53,841 nt of DNA from an uncultured Sphingomonadales bacterium (lineage in GTDB: Bacteria > Pseudomonadota > Alphaproteobacteria > Sphingomonadales > Sphingomonadaceae): positions 1 to 53,841 of the forward strand of contig CAKZNA010000122.1 in the NCBI GenBank assembly GCA_937129355.1, in the 5' to 3' direction. Shown here piece after piece: positions 1 through 8,728 of this stretch. Position 1 is the first letter of the stretch. Each line of letters begins with the position of its first letter. Under the pieces are notes generated by a model. That model did no database searches and was not told where the DNA came from. It worked only from the letters and a program-made list of their open reading frames with translations. Made by a program: the position numbers and the translations under genes.

Positions 1-644
1 TTACGTCACTACGATGATACCAAAACACTCACATGTTAATGAACAACAATCTGTCTATCGAATGCTGACGGGGGACAAATATTGGCTGCCAAATTACATG
101 CCGATTTGTAGTGCGCTGATCTGAATTCAAAACAGCTCAGGTGAACTTATTATCTAGAATCGAAATCGACAACAGGCTTGCGCCCTGCTCGGGGCGAGGA
201 TAATTTATTGTCTTCCAATAAATTGCGTCAACTGACTCTATTGCCTTCGGACCACTTGTTCCCTGCCCAACATTGACCCAATTTACCAATTTCTGTCCAT
301 TGTAGATTGGCATTTTATACTCAAATTGCTGAGTCATCACTCTATCTCCGACGAATTGTGCCTAGACCTGAAATCTTTGGGTAACCAGCGACCATAATAT
401 TATAGACGGTTGAATTCGAATAAAATTCAGTTCTTCTTTAGGAACTTCGCGAAGTTACCGCTGGTGTAATGGTCAAAGCTGTCATCAGTCGCTGTTCCAC
501 AATCCGTATTTTGGGATACTCTAAACGTAACTTAGTCTTAAGTTCCAATATTCGTGATTGGCGCAACAGCTGACGTAAGAGCTGCAAGCGATTTTTGATC
601 GCCGGACTCAAGCGCTGGCTAAATCCATTAGGATACGTCGCTGA

Positions 645-2021
645 TTATAATTTGATCACCGCCATCTTTTCCTGCGTCATTTCATGCATTGTATAGCCAA
701 TACCGCCAACGCCGTGACCGGATTGCCCACGTCCCGCAAATGGCATCCAGTCAACGCGGAATGCGGTATGGTCATTGACCATTACCGCTGATGCATCAAG
801 ATTTTGCACAGCATGCATACTGCTGGCGAGGCTTTGTGTGAAAACGGAAGCTTGAAACGCAAAAGGCAGGTTATTGGCCCGCGATATCGCTTCGTTGAAT
901 GTGTCATAGCCATAGACACAAATTGCGGGGCCAAAAATCTCATTTCTGGAAATAGTTGCTTCATCTGACGGATTGTAAATAACTGTGGGAGCATAAGTCG
1001 TCTTCCCCAATTGTTCTCCGCCCGATAGTATTTCGCCCCCACTCGCCTTGGCTTCATCAACCCAATCGGCAACCCTGGCTACTTCTGTCGCTCGGATCAG
1101 CGGCCCACAATCGGTTTCTTCGTCAAGCGCGTTTCCTACTGTTAGCTTTTTCGAAGCCGCCGCGAGCAAGGTCGCGATACTGTGTGCTTGCCCTTTCGGC
1201 GCAAAGATGCGCTGGACGGAAACGCAGACCTGCCCGGAATGGTAAAACCCGCCTTTGACAAGTTCAGGGAGCATTCGATCAATATCGGCATCCTCGTCGA
1301 CGATAACTGGAGCTGCACCGCCGTGCTCCAATGCACAACGTGTGCCAGGTGACAGTTTTGATCGCAGCATCCAACCAACCTTTGCTGAACCGATAAAGCT
1401 GAAAAAAGCCACCCTAGTGTCCGTGACCAATTTTTCTGCGGTTGGAATATCGCAGCATACATACCGGCACCACTCTTCGGGTAGGCCTGCTTCGTGCAAT
1501 ATTTCGACAAAGGCGATGCATGACAACGGCGTGTCATCAGCAGGCTTCACTATCACTGGGCAACCAACGGCCACGGCGGGTGCTACCTGATGAACAATCA
1601 GGTTCAAAGGGTGGTTGAATGCCGAAACGGCTACAACCGGCCCAATTGGCTCACGCGTTGAAAACGCCATCCGGCCGGCGCCTCCCTTGGTCAAATCCAT
1701 CGGGATTTCCCGCCCAGTAAGATGGGATAGTTCTTTTATGCAGAGATTCACACCATCGATCGCGCGTTGAACCTCAATGCGTGCATCGACAAGCGGCTTG
1801 CCGCCTTCATTTGCTATCTGGAACGCCAATATGTCGGAGCGTTCTTGCATAATTTTAGCGGCATTTTTGAGTATTTTGATCCGCTCATATGCGGGCAACC
1901 ACGCACTTCTCTGACGGTGGAGCTTGTCCGCTGTTTCCAGATATGCATCAATTGTTTCCCAGTCAGAAACAGGAGCCGCGCCAATGACCTTTAGATCGTA
2001 TGGATTTACCACTTCCAACAT
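645..2021 (-). CDS. NAD(P)-dependent aldehyde dehydrogenase
   Basis: 458 aa; AFNHPLNL, VKPADDTP, FIGSAKVG, catalytic LEHGG and GQVCVS, EIFGP, PFAG motifs. Confidence 0.93.
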   Translation of the reverse strand: MLEVVNPYDLKVIGAAPVSDWETIDAYLETADKLHRQRSAWLPAYERIKILKNAAKIMQERSDILAFQIANEGGKPLVDARIEVQRAIDGVNLCIKELSHLTGREIPMDLTKGGAGRMAFSTREPIGPVVAVSAFNHPLNLIVHQVAPAVAVGCPVIVKPADDTPLSCIAFVEILHEAGLPEEWCRYVCCDIPTAEKLVTDTRVAFFSFIGSAKVGWMLRSKLSPGTRCALEHGGAAPVIVDEDADIDRMLPELVKGGFYHSGQVCVSVQRIFAPKGQAHSIATLLAAASKKLTVGNALDEETDCGPLIRATEVARVADWVDEAKASGGEILSGGEQLGKTTYAPTVIYNPSDEATISRNEIFGPAICVYGYDTFNEAISRANNLPFAFQASVFTQSLASSMHAVQNLDASAVMVNDHTAFRVDWMPFAGRGQSGHGVGGIGYTMHEMTQEKMAVIKL

Positions 2022-2056
2022 ATTTCAAACTCCAGACCGTAGCGCAAAAGGCAAGC

Positions 2057-3730
2057 TTATATGAGGCAGGCTTTCGCAGCCAGTTCGTCAATCAGGACCT
2101 TTTTATTTTGTGAATAGTCTACAGGAACCTCGACCAAATGAACGCCGCCCGCCTGAAATGCGCGTTCGAAAGTTGGGGTGAGATCCTCGGACGATTCCAC
2201 CCGGTGTCCGGTCGCTCCATAGCTATTGGCATATTGAACGAAATCCGGATTGTTGAATTCCAGACCCCAATCTTCAAAACCGGCCTGTGACTGCTTCCAG
2301 CGGATCATACCGTAGGAATTGTCGTTGAGTACGGTCACCACTAGGTTTAGCCCGATGCGCACCGCGGTCTCCAATTCCTGACTATTCATCATGAAACCGC
2401 CATCGCCGCAGATAGCCATTACGCGCCGGTCAGGATTGAGCATTGCTGCCATCATTGCTGAAGGTAATCCCGCGCCCATGGTCGCTAGGGCATTGTCGAG
2501 GAGCACAGTATTGGGATTGAAGGCCGGATAGTTTCTCGCATACCAAACTTTGTAAATCCCGTTGTCGAGCGCAATTATATCTTTCGGACTCATCACCTTC
2601 CTAGTGTCGGCTACAAATCTTTGCGGAATGATCGGGAAGCGTGGATCGTCGGACCCTTCGGCAACATGCGTATTTACTTCGGCACGAACTCTCTCAAAAT
2701 AGGAATTGTCGAACGGTACGTCGCCGCCAATTTTCTCTTTTAGCTTGCCAATCGACCGGGCCAGATCGCCAACCACTTCAAGTTGCGGGAAATAGACCTC
2801 ATCAACCTGCGCTGATTTGTAGTTGATGTGGACGACTGTTTTCCCACCAACATCCATAAAGAATGGCGGTTTCTCAACAACGTCATGACCGACATTTATG
2901 ATCAAATCTGCTCTGTCAATGGCACAATGCAGATAGTCGCCATCCGAAAGAGCGGCAGTTCCCAAGAACAACTCTGAACCTTCGTTCACGACGCCTTTGC
3001 CCATTTGCGTGCAGAAGAATGGGATTTTGGTAGTGTGGATGAAATCTCCAAGTGCTTGTTGCGCGTTCTTTCGGTTTGCACCAGCTCCTACAAGGACCAA
3101 CGGCATTTTCGCAGCAGTGATCATATCCGCTGCTTTGTTCAATACTGTATCATCGGCCACCGCGTAATGCCTCTCATGTGGCTTAATGACAGAGCTGGTT
3201 GTGTCTTCTTCAGCGATGTCTTCTGGCAACTCCAGCAAAACCGCGCCGGGGCGTTCTTCCTCTGCAACTCGGAATGCTTCGCGTACGAGGCTAGGAATAG
3301 TATCGCCGTGGACGATCTGTTTTGACATCTTGCAGATCGGATCGAAAAGCCCAACAACATCGATAATTTGAAATTGACCTTGCTTGGATTTCTTGATCGG
3401 CTTCTGGCCAGTAATCATGATAAGCGGGAATGCTCCTAAATGAGCGTAAGCCGCTGGGGTTGCGAAATTGGTCGCTCCCGGACCGAGAGTGGCCATACAG
3501 ACGCCTGCCTTACCGGTCAGCCGACCGTATGTGGCAGCCATGAAGCCTGCTCCTTGTTCGTGTCGCGTCAATACCAGCTTGATTTTCGATTTGCGTAATG
3601 ACTCTACCATATCCAGATTTTCTTCGCCCGGAACAGCAAAAATGTGTTTTACACCTTCAGCTTCCAAAGCCTTAACAAATAGGTCGGATGCTTTGGTGGT
3701 TACTTCATTTTCACGTGCATGACCGGACAT
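2057..3730 (-). CDS. TPP-dependent acetolactate synthase large subunit-like enzyme
   Basis: RHEQGAGFMA, TLGPGATN, GDGGFMMNSQELETA...NDNSYG TPP-binding motif; start moved to ATG 3730 after GGTG. Confidence 0.9.
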   Translation of the reverse strand: MSGHARENEVTTKASDLFVKALEAEGVKHIFAVPGEENLDMVESLRKSKIKLVLTRHEQGAGFMAATYGRLTGKAGVCMATLGPGATNFATPAAYAHLGAFPLIMITGQKPIKKSKQGQFQIIDVVGLFDPICKMSKQIVHGDTIPSLVREAFRVAEEERPGAVLLELPEDIAEEDTTSSVIKPHERHYAVADDTVLNKAADMITAAKMPLVLVGAGANRKNAQQALGDFIHTTKIPFFCTQMGKGVVNEGSELFLGTAALSDGDYLHCAIDRADLIINVGHDVVEKPPFFMDVGGKTVVHINYKSAQVDEVYFPQLEVVGDLARSIGKLKEKIGGDVPFDNSYFERVRAEVNTHVAEGSDDPRFPIIPQRFVADTRKVMSPKDIIALDNGIYKVWYARNYPAFNPNTVLLDNALATMGAGLPSAMMAAMLNPDRRVMAICGDGGFMMNSQELETAVRIGLNLVVTVLNDNSYGMIRWKQSQAGFEDWGLEFNNPDFVQYANSYGATGHRVESSEDLTPTFERAFQAGGVHLVEVPVDYSQNKKVLIDELAAKACLI

Positions 3731-3895
3731 GGTAATCACCTTTTTTTGCTAAACTACTTATCGTTAGAGTCGATATGAATGTTGGGCTATTTCAATATCT
3801 CTCGACAATTATTCGCAACAGATGCGGAGTTGGTTACGCCGCTTACAATCGCTCATTTGACCAAACGCGAAGACAGGCCGGATTTGTGGGTCTTT

Positions 3896-4150
3896 CTAAT
3901 GGCTCCCGGTGCAATCAACCCACCTAGGTTTTTTACGTGTTACATTGCCGGAATGAGGCGGTTGTCGGCAATATACTCTTTTCTTTCCTTGCGTGACGCC
4001 GCCGACCTTAAATTCAACAAGCGTCACTACGCGATTGTTGGAGCGCTTCTTTTCAACGATCGTTTCACCAGAATTCTCTTTAGAGACCTCGTTGGCAAAA
4101 GCGCAAATCGGAGCAATTAAACACAGAAATGGCAAGAAAAGTAAATTCAT
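3896..4150 (-). CDS. small secreted basic protein (84 aa), two Cys in mature part
   Basis: hydrophobic N-terminus ending AFA; K/R-rich; C61 and C80; sigma28-like promoter 32 nt upstream. Confidence 0.6.
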   Translation of the reverse strand: MNLLFLPFLCLIAPICAFANEVSKENSGETIVEKKRSNNRVVTLVEFKVGGVTQGKKRVYCRQPPHSGNVTRKKPRWVDCTGSH

Positions 4151-4182
4151 GTTACCGAATAAGCCCCAAGTTCATATACTTA

Positions 4183-4209
4183 CTAACGGATCGGCAATCT
4201 GAATATTTA
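4183..4209 (-). promoter_or_regulatory. putative sigma28 (FliA) promoter for the 84-aa gene
   Basis: minus strand TAAA-N15-TCCGTTAG, same geometry as the fliC, fliD, flgM and motA promoters. Confidence 0.55.
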
Positions 4210-4348
4210 GTCTGAGGAACAAAATGGCTTGTATGCTGATTGTAAAGCCATCAACTCACCCAATGATTATCAGCAATGCCTTTCCGACCAGTTTCGGTTG
4301 CCGAAAGTGTGTTGACTGGTTGCTTGCAATGTTCCCAGTTGTCGTTTT

Positions 4349-4421
4349 GGCTGACAGGGTTTTGGTTGGATGCTAGGAGCACTTGTTGCGCCACCTTGGG
4401 GTAATTTGGACCCTGTCAGCC
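4349..4421. repeat. 12-bp perfect inverted repeat in intergenic DNA
   Basis: GGCTGACAGGGT (4349-4360) and ACCCTGTCAGCC (4410-4421). Confidence 0.8.
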
Positions 4422-4498
4422 GTTTCGAAGGGTGTCAGAAATGTGGATTCTAACACTCGCACGGTTACTAACGCAGATTGGCGCAGTCCAATTAAATA

Positions 4499-4515
4499 AG
4501 GTTCAAATTGAACCT
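4499..4515. promoter_or_regulatory. palindromic operator-like site
   Basis: AGGTTCAA-A-TTGAACCT; 16-mer CAAATTGAACCTATCT recurs at 22922-22937. Confidence 0.5.
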
Positions 4516-4676
4516 ATCTAGACAATATAAAATGAATCCAAATAGTTACATTTTGGAAAAATTTGACCGGTTTTTGAAGTTTGCGCTTAGCGGCCAGTTT
4601 TGACTCCTTTTCTCAAAATCCAGTTCGCAGATAGCTTTCTCGAGTTTGTCAGATCGAACACTGCTTGTGCTAAAAT

Positions 4677-5033
4677 TCAGCATGCGCAGCTGAGCGTATC
4701 AGTAACAAAATCGAAAACCGAGGGGTGAAGCGGTTTGCCAAATTGGCAGCCATATTCGCTATCTCGTGACCATATTATCTTCGCACTTAAGGGTTCCAAC
4801 ATGAGAATATGAATAAAAACCGTTGCGTTGCGACGAAGAGGCGTAAAGCAGTTCAATCTGAAGCCGGATGTCGAGATATTTGAGATCTTTGCGTTCATAT
4901 ATCCGCTATCAATCTGCTTAATTTTAACAGCCGCGTTGATTTCGGCGCGATTCCGCTTGCAGAATGAGCCATCATACCTACTTTCTGCCGCACGCAGCCA
5001 ATGTTCCATCTGCTCATCGTTCTGGTGTTCCAT
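4677..5033 (-). CDS. stand-alone PilZ-domain protein
   Basis: 118 aa; ISNISTSGFRL (N-x-S-x-x-G), AKIIW, YGCQFGKPL; RxxxR degenerate (CKRNR). Confidence 0.8.
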   Translation of the reverse strand: MEHQNDEQMEHWLRAAESRYDGSFCKRNRAEINAAVKIKQIDSGYMNAKISNISTSGFRLNCFTPLRRNATVFIHILMLEPLSAKIIWSRDSEYGCQFGKPLHPSVFDFVTDTLSCAC

Positions 5034-5043
5034 AACAAATCTA

Positions 5044-5070
5044 GAAACGGGTGTTTCTTAAAATGCTTAA
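5044..5070 (-). promoter_or_regulatory. weak sigma28-like promoter for the PilZ gene
   Basis: minus strand TTAA-N15-CCCGTTTC, one mismatch in each box, 10 nt before ATG. Confidence 0.35.
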
Positions 5071-5122
5071 GGATTCGATGGATAAATTGGCCTTGCCCTG
5101 CTAAAAAATGCAACTCTTCTGC

Positions 5123-6478
5123 CTACAATACACCGTAGGCTAGCATGGCATCTGCAACCTTTTTGAAGCCAGCAATATTTGCACCTTTGACATAGTTGAT
5201 ATGCCCATTTTGATCAGAGCCATATTCGCCACATTTGGTATGAATATCGCTCATAATGTCTTGCAGTGTTCGTCCAAGAAGGGTTGCATCCCAGCTGCGG
5301 CGTTCTGCATTCTGGCTCATTTCTAATCCGGATACTGCGACACCACCTGCATTCGATGCTTTGCCCGGCCCATACAAGACTTTGTTGTCCTGAAAAGCTT
5401 TAATGGCATCAAGGCTAGAGGGCATATTGGCACCTTCCGAGATGGCAATCACGCCGTTATCAACCAATGCCTGGCCTTGAGCCGCATCAATTTCATTTTG
5501 CGTCGCACAAGGCAGAGCCAGGTCTGCCGCTACGTGCCATGGCCGTTGCCCTTCATGGAAAGTAGCGCCATTGAATTCCTCGCAATATTCCGAAATGCGG
5601 CCCCTGCGGTTGACTTTTAGATCCTTGATCCAGTCAATTTTGTTTTGATCAATACCGTCCGGATCATGAATAAAACCGGAACTGTCTGACAAGGTCAACA
5701 CTTTGCCGCCCAGTTCAACAACTTTTTCTGCTGCATGGGTGGCCACATTACCTGATCCCGAGATTAAAGCGGTCTTGCCATCAACACTGTTCCCGGCGTG
5801 TTTTAGCATATTCTCTAGGAAGTAAACCGCACCATAGCCGGTTGCCTCCGGCCTAAGTTCGCTGCCGCCATATTCGCGGCCTTTGCCCGTTAGTACGCCT
5901 TCCCAACGTCCGCTGATGCGTTTATATTGGCCAAACATATAGCCGATTTCACGCGCGCCGACGCCAATGTCACCAGCGGGAACGTCGACATCCGGGCCAA
6001 CATGGCGATATAATTCTGTCATGAAAGACTGGCAGAAACGCATTATCTCGCCATCCGATTTGCCCTTGGGGTTAAAGTTGGAACCGCCCTTACCGCCGCC
6101 CATGGGAAGGCCCGTGAGCGAGTTTTTGAATGTTTGCTCGAAAGCCAAAAATTTGAGCACGCTTTCGGTGACAGTGGGATGGAACCGCAGCCCGCCCTTG
6201 TACGGGCCAATGGCGTTATTGTTCTGAACCCGCCAGCCTCGCTGCACCCGAATATTGTGATTGTCGTCTTCCCAACAGACCCGAAAAGAAATGACGCGGT
6301 CCGGTTCCGCAATACGCCTCAATATCTGGGCAGCATGATATTCTTCCTTGTCACCGATGAAGTCGAAAATGTCCTGCGCAACTTCGTGTACAGCTTGGAT
6401 ATATTCAGGCTGCCCGGGATTGCGTTTTTTTAGTCCGTTTAGAAATCTATCAAAATCTACATGGTCAGAAATGGCCAT
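5123..6478 (-). CDS. gdhA: NADP-specific glutamate dehydrogenase
   Basis: GPYKGGLRFHP, LPMGGGKGG, DVPAGDIGVG, RPEATGYG, GSGNVA, GANIAGF motifs. Confidence 0.95.
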   Translation of the reverse strand: MAISDHVDFDRFLNGLKKRNPGQPEYIQAVHEVAQDIFDFIGDKEEYHAAQILRRIAEPDRVISFRVCWEDDNHNIRVQRGWRVQNNNAIGPYKGGLRFHPTVTESVLKFLAFEQTFKNSLTGLPMGGGKGGSNFNPKGKSDGEIMRFCQSFMTELYRHVGPDVDVPAGDIGVGAREIGYMFGQYKRISGRWEGVLTGKGREYGGSELRPEATGYGAVYFLENMLKHAGNSVDGKTALISGSGNVATHAAEKVVELGGKVLTLSDSSGFIHDPDGIDQNKIDWIKDLKVNRRGRISEYCEEFNGATFHEGQRPWHVAADLALPCATQNEIDAAQGQALVDNGVIAISEGANMPSSLDAIKAFQDNKVLYGPGKASNAGGVAVSGLEMSQNAERRSWDATLLGRTLQDIMSDIHTKCGEYGSDQNGHINYVKGANIAGFKKVADAMLAYGVL

Positions 6479-6507
6479 TATATTTTCCTTTTTGTTCTGG
6501 AGTATTT

Positions 6508-7941
6508 TTATGCTGCTTTGGTCGCAGATACTGTTTTGTCAGGAAGCCGGTTCCAAGCATCAAGCGCAGCAATTTTGTATGCTTCGGCAAGCGTTGGGAA
6601 ATTGAAGGTATTCTGGACGAAATAGTCTATTCCGCCGCCCAGATTGAGAACCGCCTGGCCGATATGGACAAGCTCGGTCGCGCCCTCACCAACGATATGG
6701 ACACCGAGCAATTTATGACTCTTCAGGTCATAAATGCACTTCATCATACCATCACAATTGCCCAATATATGGCCTCGGGATGTTTCGCGGAAACGCGCGA
6801 TACCGACTTCAATATCATGGCCTTGTGCACGCGCATCCTGTTCGGACAAGCCGATGCTTGCTATTTCGGGAACCGAATAGATTCCGAGTGGGAAGCTTGC
6901 CTCCATATTTTCAGTCGCCGCTCCGAACGCGTGACAGGCCGCCTGCCGGCCCTGCTCCATTGATGTAGATGCAAGACTTGGAAACCCTATAACATCGCCA
7001 GCGGCGTAGATATGTTTCTGGCTCGTTTGCAAGCTGCGACTATTGACTTCTATTCGCCCCCGGTTATCTGGCTCAATTCCGACATTTTCAAGGCCGAGAT
7101 CTCGTATCGAACCTTCGCGGCCAGCGGTATACAGTACCATTTCCGCCTTTAGGTGCCGATTGTCATCGAGGGTGATGCAGGCCTGCCCATCTTCATTTTC
7201 ATGAATCTCTTTTATGCCGCGGCCTAAACGTAACCCAATGCCACGCTCTCTTAGTTGGTTGAGGAAATTGTCGACCACGTCGTGATCAATAAATTCAAGT
7301 AGCCTCTCTCTACGTTCTACAATCGTTACTGGAATATCCATCGCCGAGAAAATAGTGGCATATTCCAAACCAATAACACCGCCGCCAACAACGATAATGC
7401 TTTGCGGCAGTGGTACATCTGAGGCAATGATATCGCTGTCTACGATATTGCGGTCGTTAAACGGGATATTGTCTGGACGGAAAGGCCGTGTGCCGGTTGA
7501 AATCAGAAACTTTTTCGCGCTGATCGGAAACTGGCTAGTGATTCCGTTTTCGTTCAGCGTGATTTCCAGCATATTGCGAGCCGTGAATTTTGCGCGCCCC
7601 TTTATGGTGGCCACATTGTTCCTTGCCAGTTGGTTGTCGAGTACATCAACTTCATCGCCCAAGGTCGTCAACAATCTGGAACGGATCATGTCCTGCATTT
7701 CGCGCGGGGACAACCTTGTTTGGCGATTTCGAAAATGCTGATCCCGCCAGCCGGTTACGGACATCACTGATTCCCGAATAGTCTTTGATGGCAAAGTGCC
7801 GGTATGTACGGAAACGCCGCCAATCATTTTTTGGTCATCGATAAGCGCGACCGATTTGCCAAGCTTTGCAGCCTGCACAGCAGCGCGACGTCCGGCCGGA
7901 CCGCCGCCGATCACTGCAAAATCATAGTCATATTTTTTCAT
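6508..7941 (-). CDS. sthA: soluble (Si-specific) NAD(P)+ transhydrogenase
   Basis: GGGPAG FAD motif, GGVSVHTGTLPSKT, GGGVIG, AAGDVIGFPSLASTSMEQGR, FNFPTLAEAYKIAALDAWNR; AGGAG RBS. Confidence 0.92.
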   Translation of the reverse strand: MKKYDYDFAVIGGGPAGRRAAVQAAKLGKSVALIDDQKMIGGVSVHTGTLPSKTIRESVMSVTGWRDQHFRNRQTRLSPREMQDMIRSRLLTTLGDEVDVLDNQLARNNVATIKGRAKFTARNMLEITLNENGITSQFPISAKKFLISTGTRPFRPDNIPFNDRNIVDSDIIASDVPLPQSIIVVGGGVIGLEYATIFSAMDIPVTIVERRERLLEFIDHDVVDNFLNQLRERGIGLRLGRGIKEIHENEDGQACITLDDNRHLKAEMVLYTAGREGSIRDLGLENVGIEPDNRGRIEVNSRSLQTSQKHIYAAGDVIGFPSLASTSMEQGRQAACHAFGAATENMEASFPLGIYSVPEIASIGLSEQDARAQGHDIEVGIARFRETSRGHILGNCDGMMKCIYDLKSHKLLGVHIVGEGATELVHIGQAVLNLGGGIDYFVQNTFNFPTLAEAYKIAALDAWNRLPDKTVSATKAA

Positions 7942-7984
7942 CAGAACTTACTCCTGTTTTAACGGATTGGTTGCGCTTCCGCGC

Positions 7985-8728
7985 CTATGCCTCGACATTT
8001 TCTTCGAGCCACATGGCCTTCAAGGTATCCAATGCCTTTTTCTTGATCTGGCATACCCGCGCCGCACCCACGCCGATCGTCGAACCAATTTCTTCAAGGT
8101 TCATTTCTTCCACGAAATATAACTGGAGCACCAAAGCCTGCTTTTCCGGAAGGTAGGATGTGAGTTTTGTGAGCTTTTCTTTCAGATGCTTTAGTTCCAG
8201 CTCGTCGAAGGGATCTGCGGCTAGATCCGCAAACCACATGTCGTGGTCGGAATAGCTGTCATCTATTGATTCCTGCCGCATCGCATTCGCATTTGAAGCG
8301 ATGTCATAATATTGCTGAACAGTGATATTCAGCTCTGCCGCTATTTCGATCGCGGTTGGGTCGCACGTTCCGTTGTGCAAAAGTCGGTTTTTCGCATGCT
8401 CGATCCGTTTCTTGTCGGCCATGCCGGACCTACTGATTTTTGCCTCTCGTCGCAGTTCGTCGATCATTGCGCCGCGTACGCGCATTGATGCGTAGGCAGT
8501 GAAATCTATGCCCCGATCTTCATAATTTCTCGCGCCTTCGACGAGCGCGATCATACCAATCTGAATGAGGTCAACGATATCAATTGCGGAGGACATTGCG
8601 GAATGGATATGCCAGGCAATTTTTTTCACCAAACCAGCATGGGTGGTAATTATCGCCTCGATATCTTTCTGCGTGGTACTGGCTGTATAAGTCATACTGG
8701 CGCGCTGCCCGATAACAGAATGTTGCAT
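7985..8728 (-). CDS. fliA: flagellar sigma factor sigma28
   Basis: DLIQIGMIAL, YASMRVRGAMIDELR, LYFVEEMNLEEIG...RVCQIKKKAL; TAATG overlap with flhA stop. Confidence 0.93.
   Translation of the reverse strand: MQHSVIGQRASMTYTASTTQKDIEAIITTHAGLVKKIAWHIHSAMSSAIDIVDLIQIGMIALVEGARNYEDRGIDFTAYASMRVRGAMIDELRREAKISRSGMADKKRIEHAKNRLLHNGTCDPTAIEIAAELNITVQQYYDIASNANAMRQESIDDSYSDHDMWFADLAADPFDELELKHLKEKLTKLTSYLPEKQALVLQLYFVEEMNLEEIGSTIGVGAARVCQIKKKALDTLKAMWLEENVEA

Noticed and set aside
137..600. 67-aa minus-strand ORF and adjacent short open stretches in AT-rich DNA
   Set aside because: No recognisable motif; could be a decayed gene, but this cannot be supported from the sequence alone
4261..4330. Possible c-di-GMP riboswitch near the PilZ gene
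   Set aside because: GEMM hallmark elements (GNRA tetraloop/receptor pair, GCAAA motifs) not found on either strand
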